A DNA stretch of 56,634 nucleotides, filler included, from Basidiobolus meristosporus CBS 931.73 (GCA_002104905.1; 3 parts of 3 records of this genome joined end to end with filler, not necessarily neighbours in it), one strand, 5' to 3'. Positions 18,508-32,676 are shown, counted from the whole stretch's first letter. A program made the numbers and translations. The notes: generated from the letters alone by a model not told the origin.

Positions 18508-21500
18508 TGCTGTAAAAATTTGTAATTCCATCTAAATATTCACCTAACATAGTCACTTAGATCATTACCTTCAAATCCTAGAGAATACTGACCAAATTCC
18601 TTGTTGGGATTTACTTAAAATATTCTCACCAAAATACCAGGTACACAGAACATGAAAATTCTCAAAGTTGTCCAAACAGCCCCAAGCTTTGCACACATGC
18701 TCTTGGGACCTTCCTTAACCTATTCTACATGTTGGCTGCGCCAAGACTATGTAAAAGTATAAATACTACTTTTACATTCAATAAATCATCAAGTGAAAGC
18801 CACATAATCTACTTGTCCTCCCAATCACTTCCAATATCTCCAAGACTCTTATAACAGGTTATGAGCCCCAAGTTGTCACTCTCTGCAAAGTCTACAACTG
18901 CTATTATTGGAATTTTTTCCTCTGCTGAAAAGTTGGATGGATCTAACTACCAAGTGTGGAAGGTGAAGATGAAGATGCTGCTACAAGAAAGAGGCCTTTG
19001 GGATATTGTCATGGGAGAAGAATGCCCTCCTAAAAACATTGGAGAGGAAGCCTTAAAGTGCCAGAAGAAAGAACAAAGTGCCTTTAACTGCATTTGCCCT
19101 AATGTTAAAGACAAATTGCTAAGTCAATGCTCAAGAGCAAAAACAGCAAAAAATGCCTAGAAGGTATTAGAAGACACCTACTAGTCATGTTAAGCTACTA
19201 AAAAATGTATCTGGGACAAAAATTCTTTACTACAAAGATGCTGCCAGGAGTAGAAATGAAAGATCTATTTAACCAAATTACTCTGCTGGTAGATGGGATG
19301 GAATCTGTGGGTGTACCTACTACTATGAGGATGTGATAGTAACCATCTGGAATTGCCTGACAGATGAGTTTCTGGGCCTTGTATTAGCCTTAGAGTTTAG
19401 AACTGAATTTCTGACCTTAAATTACATATATGGAAGGCTCCTGGATGAAGAATTAAGAAAACCAAGTACCAATATGAAGGAAGAAAAAGATGCTTTAATA
19501 AGCAATGATAACCAGCAGAGAAGGTACCCAAGACCTTACAAATGCAACAGCTACCTGTTTTTCAACTATTGCAAAAGGAAAGGACACACATCAGACTGGT
19601 GTCTCAAAAGAAGAGATAATCAGCAAAAGAAGCCTGAATACTGAAGTCCTGCAAAAACTGAAGATAGACTATGCATATCTGCACTAAATATGACCACAAG
19701 CAAGGATTCTCAGATGTAGTCCATTGACTCTGGAGCATCTCAACACTTAACACACCAAAAAGAACTTTTTACCCAATATCAAGAAATTCCAATCAAGAAG
19801 GTTTTCATGGGTGAAAATAGAACACTTGATGCAGTGGGAGAAGGAACTGTCCAAATAAACCTTAGAAGCAGTGAAGGAAGCCATACACTGACCTTTAAAG
19901 AAGTACACCATGAACCAGAAATAGCCAAGCACCTACTCTCTGTAAGCAAGGCCACTCCAGAAGGACTCAGTTTCAGATTTGACAATTCTGGATGCAAGAT
20001 CTCTGATCAAAATGGTGCCTGTATTGCCTTGGGTATCAGAGATCAGAATCTATACAAGTTGACTTGTATATCAGCATATTTGGGAGCCAATATAAGTAAC
20101 TCAATGGAAGAAACACCAATGCTTTGGCACAGAAGATATGGGCACATCAATTGTGATTATTTGCGCAAAATGATCAAAGATCAGCTAATTTCAGGAGTAA
20201 GAATTGATCCCACAGCTAATTTGGAGCACAGTGAGGCCTGCATATATGGGAAACAAGCCAGACACTATTCAAGTGCTCTGGGCTGATCAACACTAAGAAA
20301 AAATTAGATCTATTCACTTAGATCTGTGTGGACCTATGCAGAATTTATCCTTAGGTGGGATGAAGTATTCAATCACTTTTATTGATGATTATACAAGATA
20401 CACATGGGTCTACTTCCTGGAGAGAAAGGAAGAAGCTCTGTCTAAGTTCAGGGAGCTTAAAGCCATGGTGGAGAGAGAAACTGGTGGAAAAATCAAGAAA
20501 ATACGCTCTGACAATGGTGGAGAATATACCTCAAAACTCTTCATCCACTTCTGCAAGATTCATGGGATAAAGCAAGAGACTACTGTACCATACTCCCCAC
20601 AGCAAAATGGAGTAGCAGAACCAGCTAACAGATCAATAATTGATATGGCAAGATTGATGATCCATGATCAAAAATTATCCTATGATTTTTGGGCGGAATC
20701 AGTTGCCACTGCTGTATACCTTAAAAATAGGAGTTATAACTGAATACTTGGTGATTCTACTCCACTTGAAGCATGGTATGGATACAGACCAAGTGCAGAA
20801 CATCTAAGGATATTTGGGTGTATAGCACATGCCAAAAAACTGGCCGGAAATCAGTCAAAATTTGAGCCAAAAAGTGTAAAATACATATTTTTGGGCTATT
20901 GCAATGAGAGTAAGGCATACAGACTCTACAATACCAAAGCAAAGAAGCTGATCAAGTCTAGGGATGTGTTGTTTGATGAAAATTCAAAATTTTCCCAAAA
21001 AATGACATCAGATGATGACAAAAATTTGATCTCAAGTCCACCAATTGTCAGGATTGAATCAGAGCAAAACAATGAAAATTTTTTCACTCCAAAGGATACT
21101 ACAACCATGGTTCAGCCAGAATCAGTGCCCAGGAATATCCCAGAAGTGATCATTCCAGTATCAAATGCCTGGAGATCCAATTGGACAAGAAATAGCCCAA
21201 ATTACTATATTAATGAGGGTACAAACTTAGCCTATGCCTATTCAGTCCATATTGATGAACCCCAGACTGTAAAAGAGGCCCTAAATAGCCTCAGACAAGG
21301 TTTTGGAAATCTGCAATGACTGAGGAATATCAGGCCCTGATGGAAAATCAAACTTGGGACTTATTCAAATTACCAATCAACCAAAAATCAATTGGATGCA
21401 GATGGGTCTTCAAGACAAAATACAAGGCTGATGGTACAACTGAAAGATACAATGCAAGACTTGTAGCCAAAGGATACTCTCAAACATAAGGACTTGACTA

Positions 21501-23186
21501 TACTGAGACCTTTGCACTGGTAGCCAAGTTTAATTCCATCAGATTAATATTGGCTATTGCAGCCAAATATAAGTTTTTTATTCATCAAATGGATGTAAAA
21601 ACTGCATTTTTAATGGAGAACTTGCTGAGGACGTGTATATGGACCAGCATGATGGGTTTGTTGACCAAGATAACCCCCATTTGGTCTGCAAGCTTAAAAA
21701 GTCACTATATGGTCTCAAACAATCACCAAGAGCCTGGAATTGCAAGATAGATTCTTATTTGGAATCTTTGAGTTTCAAAAGAAGTAATGCTGACTATAGT
21801 ATATACTATAAGCCAGATAGAGCAAACCCAGTTCTATTAGCTCTATATGTGGATGATTTTATTATAGGCACCAATAACCTAGAAACATTGGAAGAGAATA
21901 AATCCAGCCTATCTAAGGAGTTCAAGATGTCCAATCTAGGAGAACTTAGTTACTACTTAGGGATTAAGTTCTCCATAGACAGAAGTACCCAGACTATTAC
22001 CCTAAGCCAATCCAAGTATATTCAAGATATACTAAAGAAGTACAAAATGGAAGACTGTAAACCAGCAGCTACCCCAATGGAAACAAACCTTAACTTGGTC
22101 AAAACTCAACCAAATCAAGAGAGCTTGGTGCCATCTGAAAGCCCTGACTTTCCTTATCAATCTATGGTTGGCAGTCTGATGTATATCATGCTTGGAACAC
22201 GCCCAGATATCTCATATTCAGTGGGAGTTGTCAGCCAACATAATCAGAACTATGGATCTGATCATATTGCAACAGTTAAGCGGATTTTTAGATACCTAAA
22301 AGGAACTGCTGATATTTGCTTAAGATACACTTATAAGGACTCAGAACAAGATCTTGTGGGATACTCTGATGCAGATTGGGGACAAAATTTGGAAGACAGA
22401 AGATCCACCACAGGATACACCTTTCATTACTGTAAAGGAGCAATTTCATGGAATTCAAGAAAACAACCAACCGTAGCACTTTCCACCACAGAGGCAGAGT
22501 ATATGGCAGCCTGTGAAGCTACAAAAGAAGCAATGTGGTTAAGAAAGCTGTTTACAGATTTAGGCCTATGTCAAAAAACACCTATTACTTTATTTCAAGA
22601 TCATCAAGGATGTATACAATTAGGTAGAAATCCAACTTTTCATGCTAGAACCAAGCACATAGATATTAGACATCATTTCATACGTGAAGCTATAGAGAAT
22701 AACTTAGTTAGCTTAGTTTACTGTCCAACAGATGAAATGATTGCAGACATATTTACCAAGCCATTAGCTAGAGACAAGTTTGAATATCTTAGGTCAAAAT
22801 TAGGACTAGTCAGTATGAACATTTAGCTGAGTGGGAGTGTTGTAAAAATTTGTATTTCCACCTAAATAATCACCTAACTTAGTCACTTAGATCATTACCT
22901 TCAAATCCTAGAAAATACTGACCAAATTCCTTGTTGGGATTTATTTAGAATATTTTCACCAAAATGCCCGGTACCCAGAACATGAAAATTCTCAAAGTTG
23001 TCCAAACAGCCCCAAACTTTGCACACATGTTCTTGGGACCTTCCTTAACCTATTCTATGTGCTTGTAATGCCAAGACCAGGTAAAAGTATAAATACTACT
23101 TTTACATTCAATAAATCATTAAGTGAAAACCACATAATCTACTTGTTCTTCAAATCACTTCCAATATCTCCAAGACTCTTACAACA
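18508..23186 (+). mobile_element. Ty1/copia LTR retrotransposon, near complete but inactivated
   Basis: 349-bp LTRs 18508-18856 and 22838-23186 (TG...CA, ~90% identical); PBS GGTTATGAGCCC; PPT GAGTGGGAG. gag (KLDGSNYQVWKVKM, CNYCKRKGH knuckle), GAG-pre-integrase LWHRRYGH, integrase (IRSDNGGEY, PYSPQQNG), RT (QMDVKTAF, LYVDD), RNase H (YSDADW, TKHIDIRHHF), in copia order with many stops and frameshifts. Confidence 0.95.
18857..18868 (+). promoter_or_regulatory. Copia-type primer-binding site
   Basis: GGTTATGAGCCC directly after the 5' LTR; resembles the GGTTATGGGCCC PBS of Drosophila copia-like elements primed by a tRNA-iMet half molecule. Confidence 0.75.
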
Positions 23187-26100
23187 GTTTGGACCCTAGA
23201 CCTCTGAACAAGCTTCTCCAAGATGATAAATTTACAATATCAAGAATCAAAGATATCTTTTCCTCATTATCAGGCACAAAAGTATTCTCCAAATTGGACT
23301 TGAAGGATGCATATCACCAATTCCAGATCCAGCCTGATCATCAGCATAAGACTGCCTTTACTTGGAACAATATGCAATGGATGTTTCAGGGAGCTCCCTT
23401 TGGCCTAAAGACACTGACCAGCAAGTTCCAGAGAGGCATGACTATAATACTCAAGAATGCACCATATGCCTTAGTATTTGTTGATGATGTCATCATATTT
23501 TCCATAAACCATGATGGCCATGCAGCCCATGTCACTGATGTAATAAATAGACTGACAGCCGCTGGACTGATTCTTAATGCGGAAAAGTGCAGCTTTGCCT
23601 GCCTCAAAATCAATCTACTGGGATTCATTGTTACACTGGATGGCCACCAGCTTGATCCTTTCAAACTGGTCAATATTCCTGAATGGCCAAAACCCACTAG
23701 TGCTAAGCAACTCCAACATTATACTGGAGTATTCAACTATTTCAGGGAACACAATCCTCTCATGTCCTCATTGAGTGCCCCTTTGGATGCATTACACCAT
23801 AGTCCTGATCTTCCCTCAGCCTGGAACAATGTTCATGACCAAGCATTTGAGTCACTCTGCCAGTTGCTCCCACAGGCACCCACTCTATCCTACCCAGACT
23901 TTACTAAGACCTTTGTTGTTGCTACAGATGCATCTAATGTTGTGTTAGGGGCTGTCCTATACCAGGATGAAGACCAAAATCCACCTCACTGGATCTCTTT
24001 TCAAGCCGGATCTCTACAACCTGCTGAGAGAAACTACTCTGCCACCAAGAAGGAGCTACTTGCCATAGTCTTTGCCTTGAAGAAGTTTCATCAGTACTTA
24101 TGGGGTAACCCTTTTACCTTGTACACCAACCATTAAGTCCTTGTCTATATCCACACCCAAAAGTCTCTGACTCCAATGCTTACCAACTGGCTTGATACTC
24201 TACTTGATTATGAATATACAGTTATTCATTGCCCAGAATCCTCAGCATCCTGCCTGACCACCTTTCAAGACTTTTCCCAACTTCACCTTGGGAGGGACAT
24301 GTGATTACTGACATAATCAGTAAGCACACTACAACTTCCAAAATAATTCCTGAAATGGACTCAGCAACCTGGAAAATCCCACATACCAATGAAAGGAAAA
24401 TGTTGATACAGAGGAGTCATCTACTTGGACATTTTGGAGCTGACACACTTATGAAGAAGCTACACTCTGATGGATATCACTGGCCAAATATCAAAGCTGA
24501 CTGCCTAGAATTTGTCAAGTCTTGCAGAGAATGTCAACTTTACAATATCAGCCACCATGGATATCACCCTTTAAGTCCCATCCATGCAAGCCTTCCTATG
24601 GATCATATTGCAATTGATCTAGCTGAACCTTTCACCTCTAGTGATGATGGTAATCACTACCTCTTTGCAATTGTGGATGTCTGCACTCATTTTGTCTTCC
24701 TCAAAGCTATCCCAGACAAGTATGCTGCCACTATAGCACAAGAACTATTCAAGCCCTTCTGCCTTTTTGGATTCCCTAAGGTCATTCAATCAGATAATGG
24801 AACAGAATTTGTAAATCATGTGATCAAAGCCCTCTGCCAGAATAGTGCCATTGATCACCATCTGATCACTCCATATCATCCAAAAGCTAATGGACTTGCT
24901 GAAAAGACATGTTTAGACCTCAGTGAACATCATCAGGAAATCTATCAAAGGTATCAAGAAGAATTGGGACAAGTACATTCCCACTGTACAGTATGCTATC
25001 AACACCAAAATTGTTGCTCTACAAGGATCAACACCATTTTCTTTGATGTTTGGAAGAAGATACAACCACTTTGGGGACTACCAGAATGCAGAGCTAGCAA
25101 GTTTGAATACAGACAAGCTAAAGAACCAGCTTGAGTATCTTACAAACATTGTCTACCCTGCTATCAATGCCAGAAGTAAGGCCACACAGCAAAAGATGAC
25201 TTCAACATATGCCTCAAGACACAGGAACAGTAGCTTTCCAGTTAGGTCATATGTCATGACACTAGATCCAATCCAACAATCTAAACTTGACCCCAAATAT
25301 GAAGGCCCTTTTAAAGTTGTTAGATGTACCACTGGAGGATCTTATGTACTTCAGGACAATACTGGAGCCCTACTTCCCAAAAACTTCCCACCTTCTTCAC
25401 ACAAACTGATATCTCATGACCCAGTTACTTCTGAATCCTATGAAGTTGAAGCTATTGTTGACCATGATGGAGAAGAACCAAATTGTCTTTTATTTAGTCA
25501 AGTGGAAAGGTTATGATGCCAAACAGAACACCTGGGAACCTTACACCAACTTAGATGATGTTGCCATCATTGATCAGTATTGGAGCCGCAGGGGAACCCA
25601 GAAGGTATCAGAAAACTGCTCTCCCAGGAGGAGGCAATGTTGTGCATCAACATTTAAAAATTGGCCAATTTCACTCTGTTAGAAAATCTAGTACTCTAAC
25701 TGATTCTCCCTAACCCTAACATAACTAATCCCTGTTATGGTTTATTTTATCACTTCTCAGAATCTATATTTAGCAGTCACACCTGATCAATTCTCATGTG
25801 GTCATTATGTCCTCAACTGATCTGCTAAGCCTTTCCAAGTGATTAGTCATCTGAGATTTATCTAACCACTTAGCAGTTGCCAAGACACCAGCTGATTAAT
25901 GATGCAATTTTTCATTTATTTTATGCACCTATCAACAACCCAACAGATTTCAATTAGGCCAGTCTTTTGGTGCTTACTAATGCAACTCAATCAGAAAAGT
26001 ATAAATAAAGTTTACTGAACATTTTGGTTTGGTGTGTGTCTCAACAAAATTAAGAATTCAACAAATCCATTCTAGTTTCTACCCAAGCTTAGCATATCCA

Positions 26101-26314
26101 GCACTCTCAAGAACACCAAGCCTAGCCTGCATAGCAAATCTACTCTTTTACCTTTATAGCCTAACTCAGCTATATATAAGACCATTATTGAACCAGAACC
26201 CCTCTGCTAATATTTCTGACACTCTTGACAATTCTAAGATTCTGCACTTAGTTGTCACTTGGGTTTAGTTAACTCATTCAAGAGTTTTATTACACTTTTC
26301 TCTTGGATACAACA
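23187..26314 (+). mobile_element. Chromodomain Ty3/gypsy element (chromovirus), 3' half from RT to 3' LTR
   Basis: RT (FSKLDLKDAYHQ, FVDD), RNase H (TDAS, NYSATKKELLA), integrase (HCC, IQSDNGTEF), chromodomain (YEVEAIVDH...YLVKWKGY...NTWEP), PPT AGGAGGAGGCAA. LTR 25638-26314 has TGTTGT...ACAACA termini. Confidence 0.92.
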
Positions 26315-29200
26315 GTATCCCACTGATTCATATCATCAATGAGAGCAAGGTGCATAGCAACAGTGTGACAATTGAAGAGGTGAAACCGTTGCAGTCTCCA
26401 ATCATCACACATAAGGTGATAAAAATACCACCAGCCAGTGAGACAGTGATCTCATTAGAGACACCAATAGCTTATTTGACAAGCAGAAGAATGATAACTG
26501 CAGCAAAGGCATCTAAGCAACTGGAAGGAATCTTAATCCCTAAAGTATGGATACTGCCAAAATATGAAGCACAAAGTCTGAAGTGCTTAGTGGCTAACAA
26601 CGGGCAACACATGGTGACATTGCCTAGAGGAGTGCCATTGTTAAATCTAGAGGAAGTTGACGGAAACAACCAAGGACCATCTACAAACAAGGAACCAGAA
26701 GAAGAACTCCCCAAACTAGATGTGGACCCCAGTCTACTGCCTGCATTACAAGACAAGTTCCTAGAAGGAATACGCCTGCTTGCCCAAGTATTCTCTAAGA
26801 ACCAAGTAATTGGTCATATACCTGGGTATATCACCAAATCCACCTTGCCAACAAATACCCCATCAAGCAAAAAGCCTATAGGAACTCAGAAATTGACATG
26901 GACCATATCAAAGAGACAATTGAGACCTTATTAAAAGACAATATCATTACAGAGAGCCAGTCTTTGTGGGCCTCCCCTGTAGTGATAGTCCTAAAGAAAG
27001 ACAGAAAGCAACGCTTTTGCATTGACTACCAAAAATTGAACACCCTCACCTGGAAGGACATGTATCTGCTACTGTAAGTAGACAACCTCTTGGACAGATT
27101 AATCAGAGCTAAATATTTTTGCTCAGTAGACTTAATCTCCAGGTATTGGAAAGTAGAAGTAGCCCTGGAAGATCAACCCAAAACCACTTTTACAACATTG
27201 TTTGGATTATACAAATGGAACCAACTACCCTTTGGCTTGTGCAATGCCCCCACTGCATTCCAAAGAATGATTGACAAGGTGCTAGGAAATTTGCAGTGGG
27301 TATATGCTCTTGTGTATCTGGACAATATCACAATATATTCCACCAATGTAGAAGAACAAATACATGAGGCGCAATGTATCCTGACAGCCCTCCTTGAGAA
27401 CCAACTCAAACTACATCCCAAGATGTGCCATTTCCTGTATACAAAGTTGTTGTTCCTGGGCCACAAGATCTTGGAAGATAGGATATACCCATCTATTTCA
27501 CTCCTAAAAGCCATTCAAGATACACCCATACAAAAGGATATTTATGCAGTGTTGGAATTCCTAGGATTTGCCGGCTACTATTGCCAATTTGTCAAAAACT
27601 TTGCAACAATAGCAGCCCCCCTGTACAAATTGACACAAAAAGGCCAGTGTTTTGTATGGTTGGAGCCTCAAAAGAGAGCATTTGATCAGCTGAAACATTC
27701 TCTAATGTCACCACCAGTGTTACATTTTCTCAATTGGGATGCAAGATCATTTATTTACTGTAATAGAAGTCTCACTGGTATAGGTGCCATACTGGGACAA
27801 TACCACCAACCTGGCAAATTCTACTCAACTGGTTACATGAGCCATGTACTAAACAAACACAAACATCACTACCCCATTACCAAGATAGAATGTCTGGCTG
27901 TTGTGTATTGAATTAAACAATTCCATACATACATAAATGGTGGCTGATTCACAATAGTAATGGACCACAGCACATTGGTCTGGCTGATGAAAACTAATAA
28001 CTTTACAGGTGTGGTGGTTTATAAGTCCAAGGGAGAGATACGTCCAACACTTCTCCAGTGTTTTGTGTGTGGGGTGCTCACTGGTGCAATAACCTCTGGC
28101 AAAAGCTTGCTAGGAATACTTGGGCTCTGTCTCTAATCTAATGTGATGGGAAATTAAGCCACAAGATTGTCAAGGGAAAACTATTGAGCTACAATCCCCA
28201 ACTTAGTTGGCGTCTTAACAAAAGTATGTGCTGGGTTCAGCATCCTCTGAGATGACAATGTACTAAAGCTTCTAAAGTCAAAGCAGCTGTAAACTCCACC
28301 AGCAGGGACTTGATAAGAATGCAGCTGTGGTCAGTAGTTACAAAGACAGAAAGGTATCTTTGTCTGTACAAGAACAAGCTTGGGAAAGAACCAAATAAAA
28401 TAAAAGATACCTACTCAGAGTAATCCTCACTAGTAATGCCTCCAAGGTCAGTTGGCTGTCAGCACGGTTTCCTGGGAGTGTCCTGTGGTCTGGGATTGGA
28501 AGCTCAGGTAGCAGCAGGTAGCAGTGATCACGCTAATCAACAGGTTGGTATATTGATAAAAGGGATGATAATTTGTTGTTGAGGGATAGCCTACCTTGTA
28601 TACTTTTCTCACTGGCTGAGTGATCACTAATCATGGTGTTCCAGAATGTTCCGGAGATCAATAGAAATCTTAATGACATCAGAATGAGCTAAGAGTATTC
28701 TAAGTAGGTGCCAGAAGGTTTTAAGGGCACAGCACATCCAACCAATCAGGAGTCAGTATTATGATACCTGTGAAATGTAGGGATACCATACATGGAATGA
28801 AAATGGTAGGGATAGTGACATGGGTTGATCATGTGTCATGGGCACTGGCGCGGGTACTTGCCTAATATAGAAGCACTTACAGCTTGTAATCTTACATAAA
28901 GTGAGGGATAACTTATGCAATAAAGTAAGCAGGTGTGATAGTTAGCCGGCCTATGGGATAATTCTGATTATGTAAGACAAATGGGATAAAACTAAAATAA
29001 GTGTAGTAGAGATATAGAGAAGTAGAAAATATGAGAATGAGAACATCTGTCAGTGGGTGTCACTGTGACCTCACTATACCGGTTGACTAGCACATTGGGC
29101 CCTCCAACTACAAGAATACAACCTCAAAATAATTCATCACACTGGCAAGATACACCAGGATGCAGACTTCTTCAGTTGCTGTCCTGTTTGCCAAGTACAC
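26315..29200 (+). mobile_element. Second Ty3/gypsy family, pol fragment interrupted by a solo LTR at 28010-29078
   Basis: RT (SVDLISRYW, LPFGLCNAP, VYLDN) and RNase H (YPITKIECLAVVY); the frame resumes after 29078 (LQEYNLKIIH). Confidence 0.85.
28010..29078. mobile_element. Solo LTR (1069 bp) with 4-bp TSD CAGG/CCGG
   Basis: TGTGGTG...CACTATA termini; the first ~520 bp match 39181-39703; removing it restores the host gypsy frame. Confidence 0.8.
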
Positions 29201-29631
29201 GTCAGCAATGGCTACAAGGATGTAATCTGCTTTAAATGAAGAGGGTAGTACCCTGTGGGACTTGCACCATGTGTGACAATCTTGCACACTATGGCACAAC
29301 CTGACACAATGAGGTTGGCACAAATGATTGCACCCACTTGTCATGTTTGCATCACGTGCACAATTGGATACCACTATGATGGTAGGTAAAATCTGGTATT
29401 TGGATATGTTTCTTTAATGTAAATGGAAATAAATGCGTATCACACAATAGACTTGTTCTGTTGGATAGTGCCACATAGTGCCAGCCTGTTTATGGTGCCA
29501 GATTGATCTGGCACTCTACGGCACTATCTGGCACTATAATTTCTACCATGATGCCAGTGGTATGGTACAGTTACTGGTAATTTTACTCAATCTTACTTAT
29601 GTTGCTCAGAATAGTGCTTTCCTTGCTTTAT

Positions 29632-30452
29632 TTACTCTTCATAATGCTCCAGACACATTTCTCTCAGTGGATGTCTTCTTGTATGAACATACTGTGCATT
29701 AATAAGTATCTTAACTATTTTACCTATTCTGCTGTTTTCTCCTGTATATGACTTTCCTCTGTTTTTACCTGCCAATATGCTGAATCTCTTCAGATATCCA
29801 AATGTGTGCTCTACCCTCACTCTGAAATGATTAAATATCTCATTTTAGAGCTTCTGCTTCCTGCTAAGCACACCATTCCTTGGCTTCCTATAAGCTGTAA
29901 TACATCCTAATCTCTGACAATCCTCTCCTATATAGGCTAAGTCTGCCATATATTTCTCCCCTCTACTGAATTCAGGATGATTCTCTACCCAGAGTGCTTT
30001 GTCATGCCTACTTCTAGCAAATAGCCCACTAAACCAGATGATGTTACCCTCAATGTCAGACAGTGCTTGAAACTTCACACAGTGTGCCTGGTACTTGCCA
30101 GAATAAAAGTGCCTCTGCCCTCTAGAAGGTCTGTTAATCCTCACTGGGAAGGTATCCAAAATACTCCTGATATGGAACCTGTTGCTGAACACTCTGGGAT
30201 ATGGAAGTCTATTGGAGCTTCTGAACCTAGTATTCCAAGCTTGCTTAAGTCATTCATACCCTCTGCAAGGTGGTTCTCCATTGCTGTCAGCTGGGAATGA
30301 AAGCTTCTATGACTTTTGTTGCCATGGATGGTGGGATGAAACCTTGTAGGGCAATAGTTCTTGTAATAGCAGAGAAGCTTAACAAGGGATCTCCTTGAGT
30401 AGATTGGGGTTGATGGACCGCAGTACTTGGAATAGATCACCTCTAGTGTCAA
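29632..30452 (-). pseudogene. PIF/Harbinger/IS5-type (DDE_Tnp_4-like) transposase, disrupted
   Basis: Fragments 30141-30452, 29845-30192 and 29632-29820 carry LDTFP, YSGKYQAHCVKFQ, SRHD, MADLAY and RVEHTFG. Confidence 0.85.
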
Positions 30453-30872
30453 AAGGAAATCCAGTGGTAGCGATGGGATTGATGAGAAAAGACCATTCAG
30501 ATGAGTAAGTCATATTAAAATTGGTGGATGATTGTATGGAGGCGGTTTGAATTGATTTGGCCCAATCTGCGTTATTTATCCAATTTTTAATACATTATGG
30601 TTAAATCTCCATCAATTGCCATGTATCCCATCATTACATTGCAAAAATCATCCACAAACAATGCCTTGGTACTTTTATTGATGCTTTAATCATAGGTCTA
30701 TAATCAAATAGGAAATCAGCAATTGATGTGATCTGATCCGTGTCAACACAATCCAAGATGCATCATGCATAATATATGGAAAATTCAACAATCACATTAG
30801 TTTTCATATATGTTTCATATAAGACCATGTTGATGCCAATATACTGCTGTATAAGTATCCAAATCCATTGCT

Positions 30873-31747
30873 ATGGTCCCCATACCAAGCCTCAACTCAT
30901 CTTTAGTACAACCCAGACAAAACCTATCCCCCAGCTCACAAGCGCAGTCTGGACCGGAAAATTCAATGTTGGATCTGTTTGAGTGCTTGCCAAATGATTT
31001 TAGTATGGCCCAAGTGTCTATGATGAGCCCTCATACAGATATTTGGGCACTACTGATTAATCAAGCAGAACTAGATACCTCAGAGAGTCAACAAAGATGG
31101 AAGAATATGAGTAGAAAGCTGTGGCATGAGTTCTACATCAAGATGCCAGCCAATATATGTAAGAAGATATATAACAAGACAAGTATTGAAGTCAAGAATG
31201 AGCTGAGAGTGAGAGGATTTGACAAAGAAGCCATGCGGGAACAATTTTTTGCGCAATTTGCACAGTACAGGCTGGACGCATCCATTTGTGCCTCAACTAT
31301 GGGAACCAAAGAGATTTTGAATGAGTTTTGCCTCAAATGACTAATGTACTACATGATATATCAGTAGAGCTAAGTGGCTTCAGAGAGCAATATACACAGG
31401 ACTCATCCAGGCAACAGCTCCAAAGTATCAGACAGAGGGTAAGTGAATACCTTGAGGGATCAGATGGTGAGCTTCAGGAGGAAGAATACAGACCGCAAGC
31501 AACATTGTCCAGATTGCGCCAGCACACCCTGCTGGATTCCCTACCATTTCTTGCAACCACATCATGCCAGCGCACGTCAGTCCAGACCACGCCAACACCC
31601 TTTACCAGAATGCCACACATCAAGTCAACTTGCATTGAGTCAACGCGTGCGCTTCAGAGCAAAACTACAAGAACTTGCCAAACTGCTCATTTAGACACAA
31701 GTCCATTGGAGCGGACCAAGTTGCGTCAACATGCAGCATCACATTGA
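30873..31747 (+). pseudogene. Probable Myb/SANT-like partner gene of the Harbinger element, frameshifted
   Basis: IWALLINQAELDTSESQQRWKNMSRKLW has trihelix/MADF-like Trp spacing; lies divergent to the transposase. Confidence 0.5.
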
Positions 31748-32676
31748 ACTCAGCCAAGGGCCATCTCAACGTGTCAAGGCGCGCCTGCGCATGCCATTTT
31801 GCCTGACCATCAGCAAGTTACTTCTGGTGAACTGACTGATGATGACCAACATGAAGTGCCTCAACCACCAGAGCCCTTGGCAAGTAAAAGAACGTGTCAG
31901 CACATGGCACTACAGGTAATATCAAGGTAATCTCACATTTGAGACAGAACCCCTATAAATAAACACCCTGCATATATATATGTCTTCTGTAATACCAGTG
32001 CAGCTATTGGATCTGTTTTGCACCTACACAATTGCTTGCGTGCTAGCTACAACACCTTGTCCAATCACTAGGATCAAGGATATATTTGCTCAATGGGCAA
32101 AATGGGATATTTGATGGCAAATCAGGTAGCTTTTTTAGTAGTCAATGAGCCAATTGGGGGCTGCCAGCTTCAGGATACTTTTGGAACAATTAACCACTGA
32201 GATACTGTCCAATTGGAGTGAGGGTAACCAAAATGGTAAGTATCAGTGTAGTTTATAGTGTGATACACATTTATTTCCATTTACATTAAAGAAACATATC
32301 CAAATACCAGATTTTACCTGCCATAAGAGCGGTATCCAATCATGCACGTGATGCAAACATTGCAAGTTGGCACAATCATCCATGCCAACCTCATTGTGTC
32401 AGATTGTGCCATAGTGTGCAAGATCGTCCCGCATAGTGCAAAATTGTCCAAGAACAATCCTGCCTTCTGGTAGCTATAATATTGCGCCCAATTGTTCTTT
32501 ACAGCCACGGATTGCACCGCGTGCCCTGGCATGGTACAATGGAACAAGTCTAATAAACTTTACTGATACTTACTATTCTGGTTGCTATCACTGCAATTGG
32601 AGGGTATCTCAGTGGTGAATTGGTCCAAAAGTATCCAGAAGCTGTCAGCCCCCGATTGGCTCTTTGACCAATACTC

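Larger units (their letters stand above)
29261..32442. mobile_element. PIF/Harbinger-like DNA transposon region bounded by ~185-bp inverted repeats
   Basis: DDE transposase on minus, Myb/SANT-like ORF on plus; 29261-29445 is the reverse complement of 32258-32442. True termini not determined. Confidence 0.65.

Noticed and set aside
18503-23191. GTGTG/GTTTG as the TSD of the copia element
   Set aside because: One mismatch, and the two flanks belong to different elements, so the match is probably coincidental.
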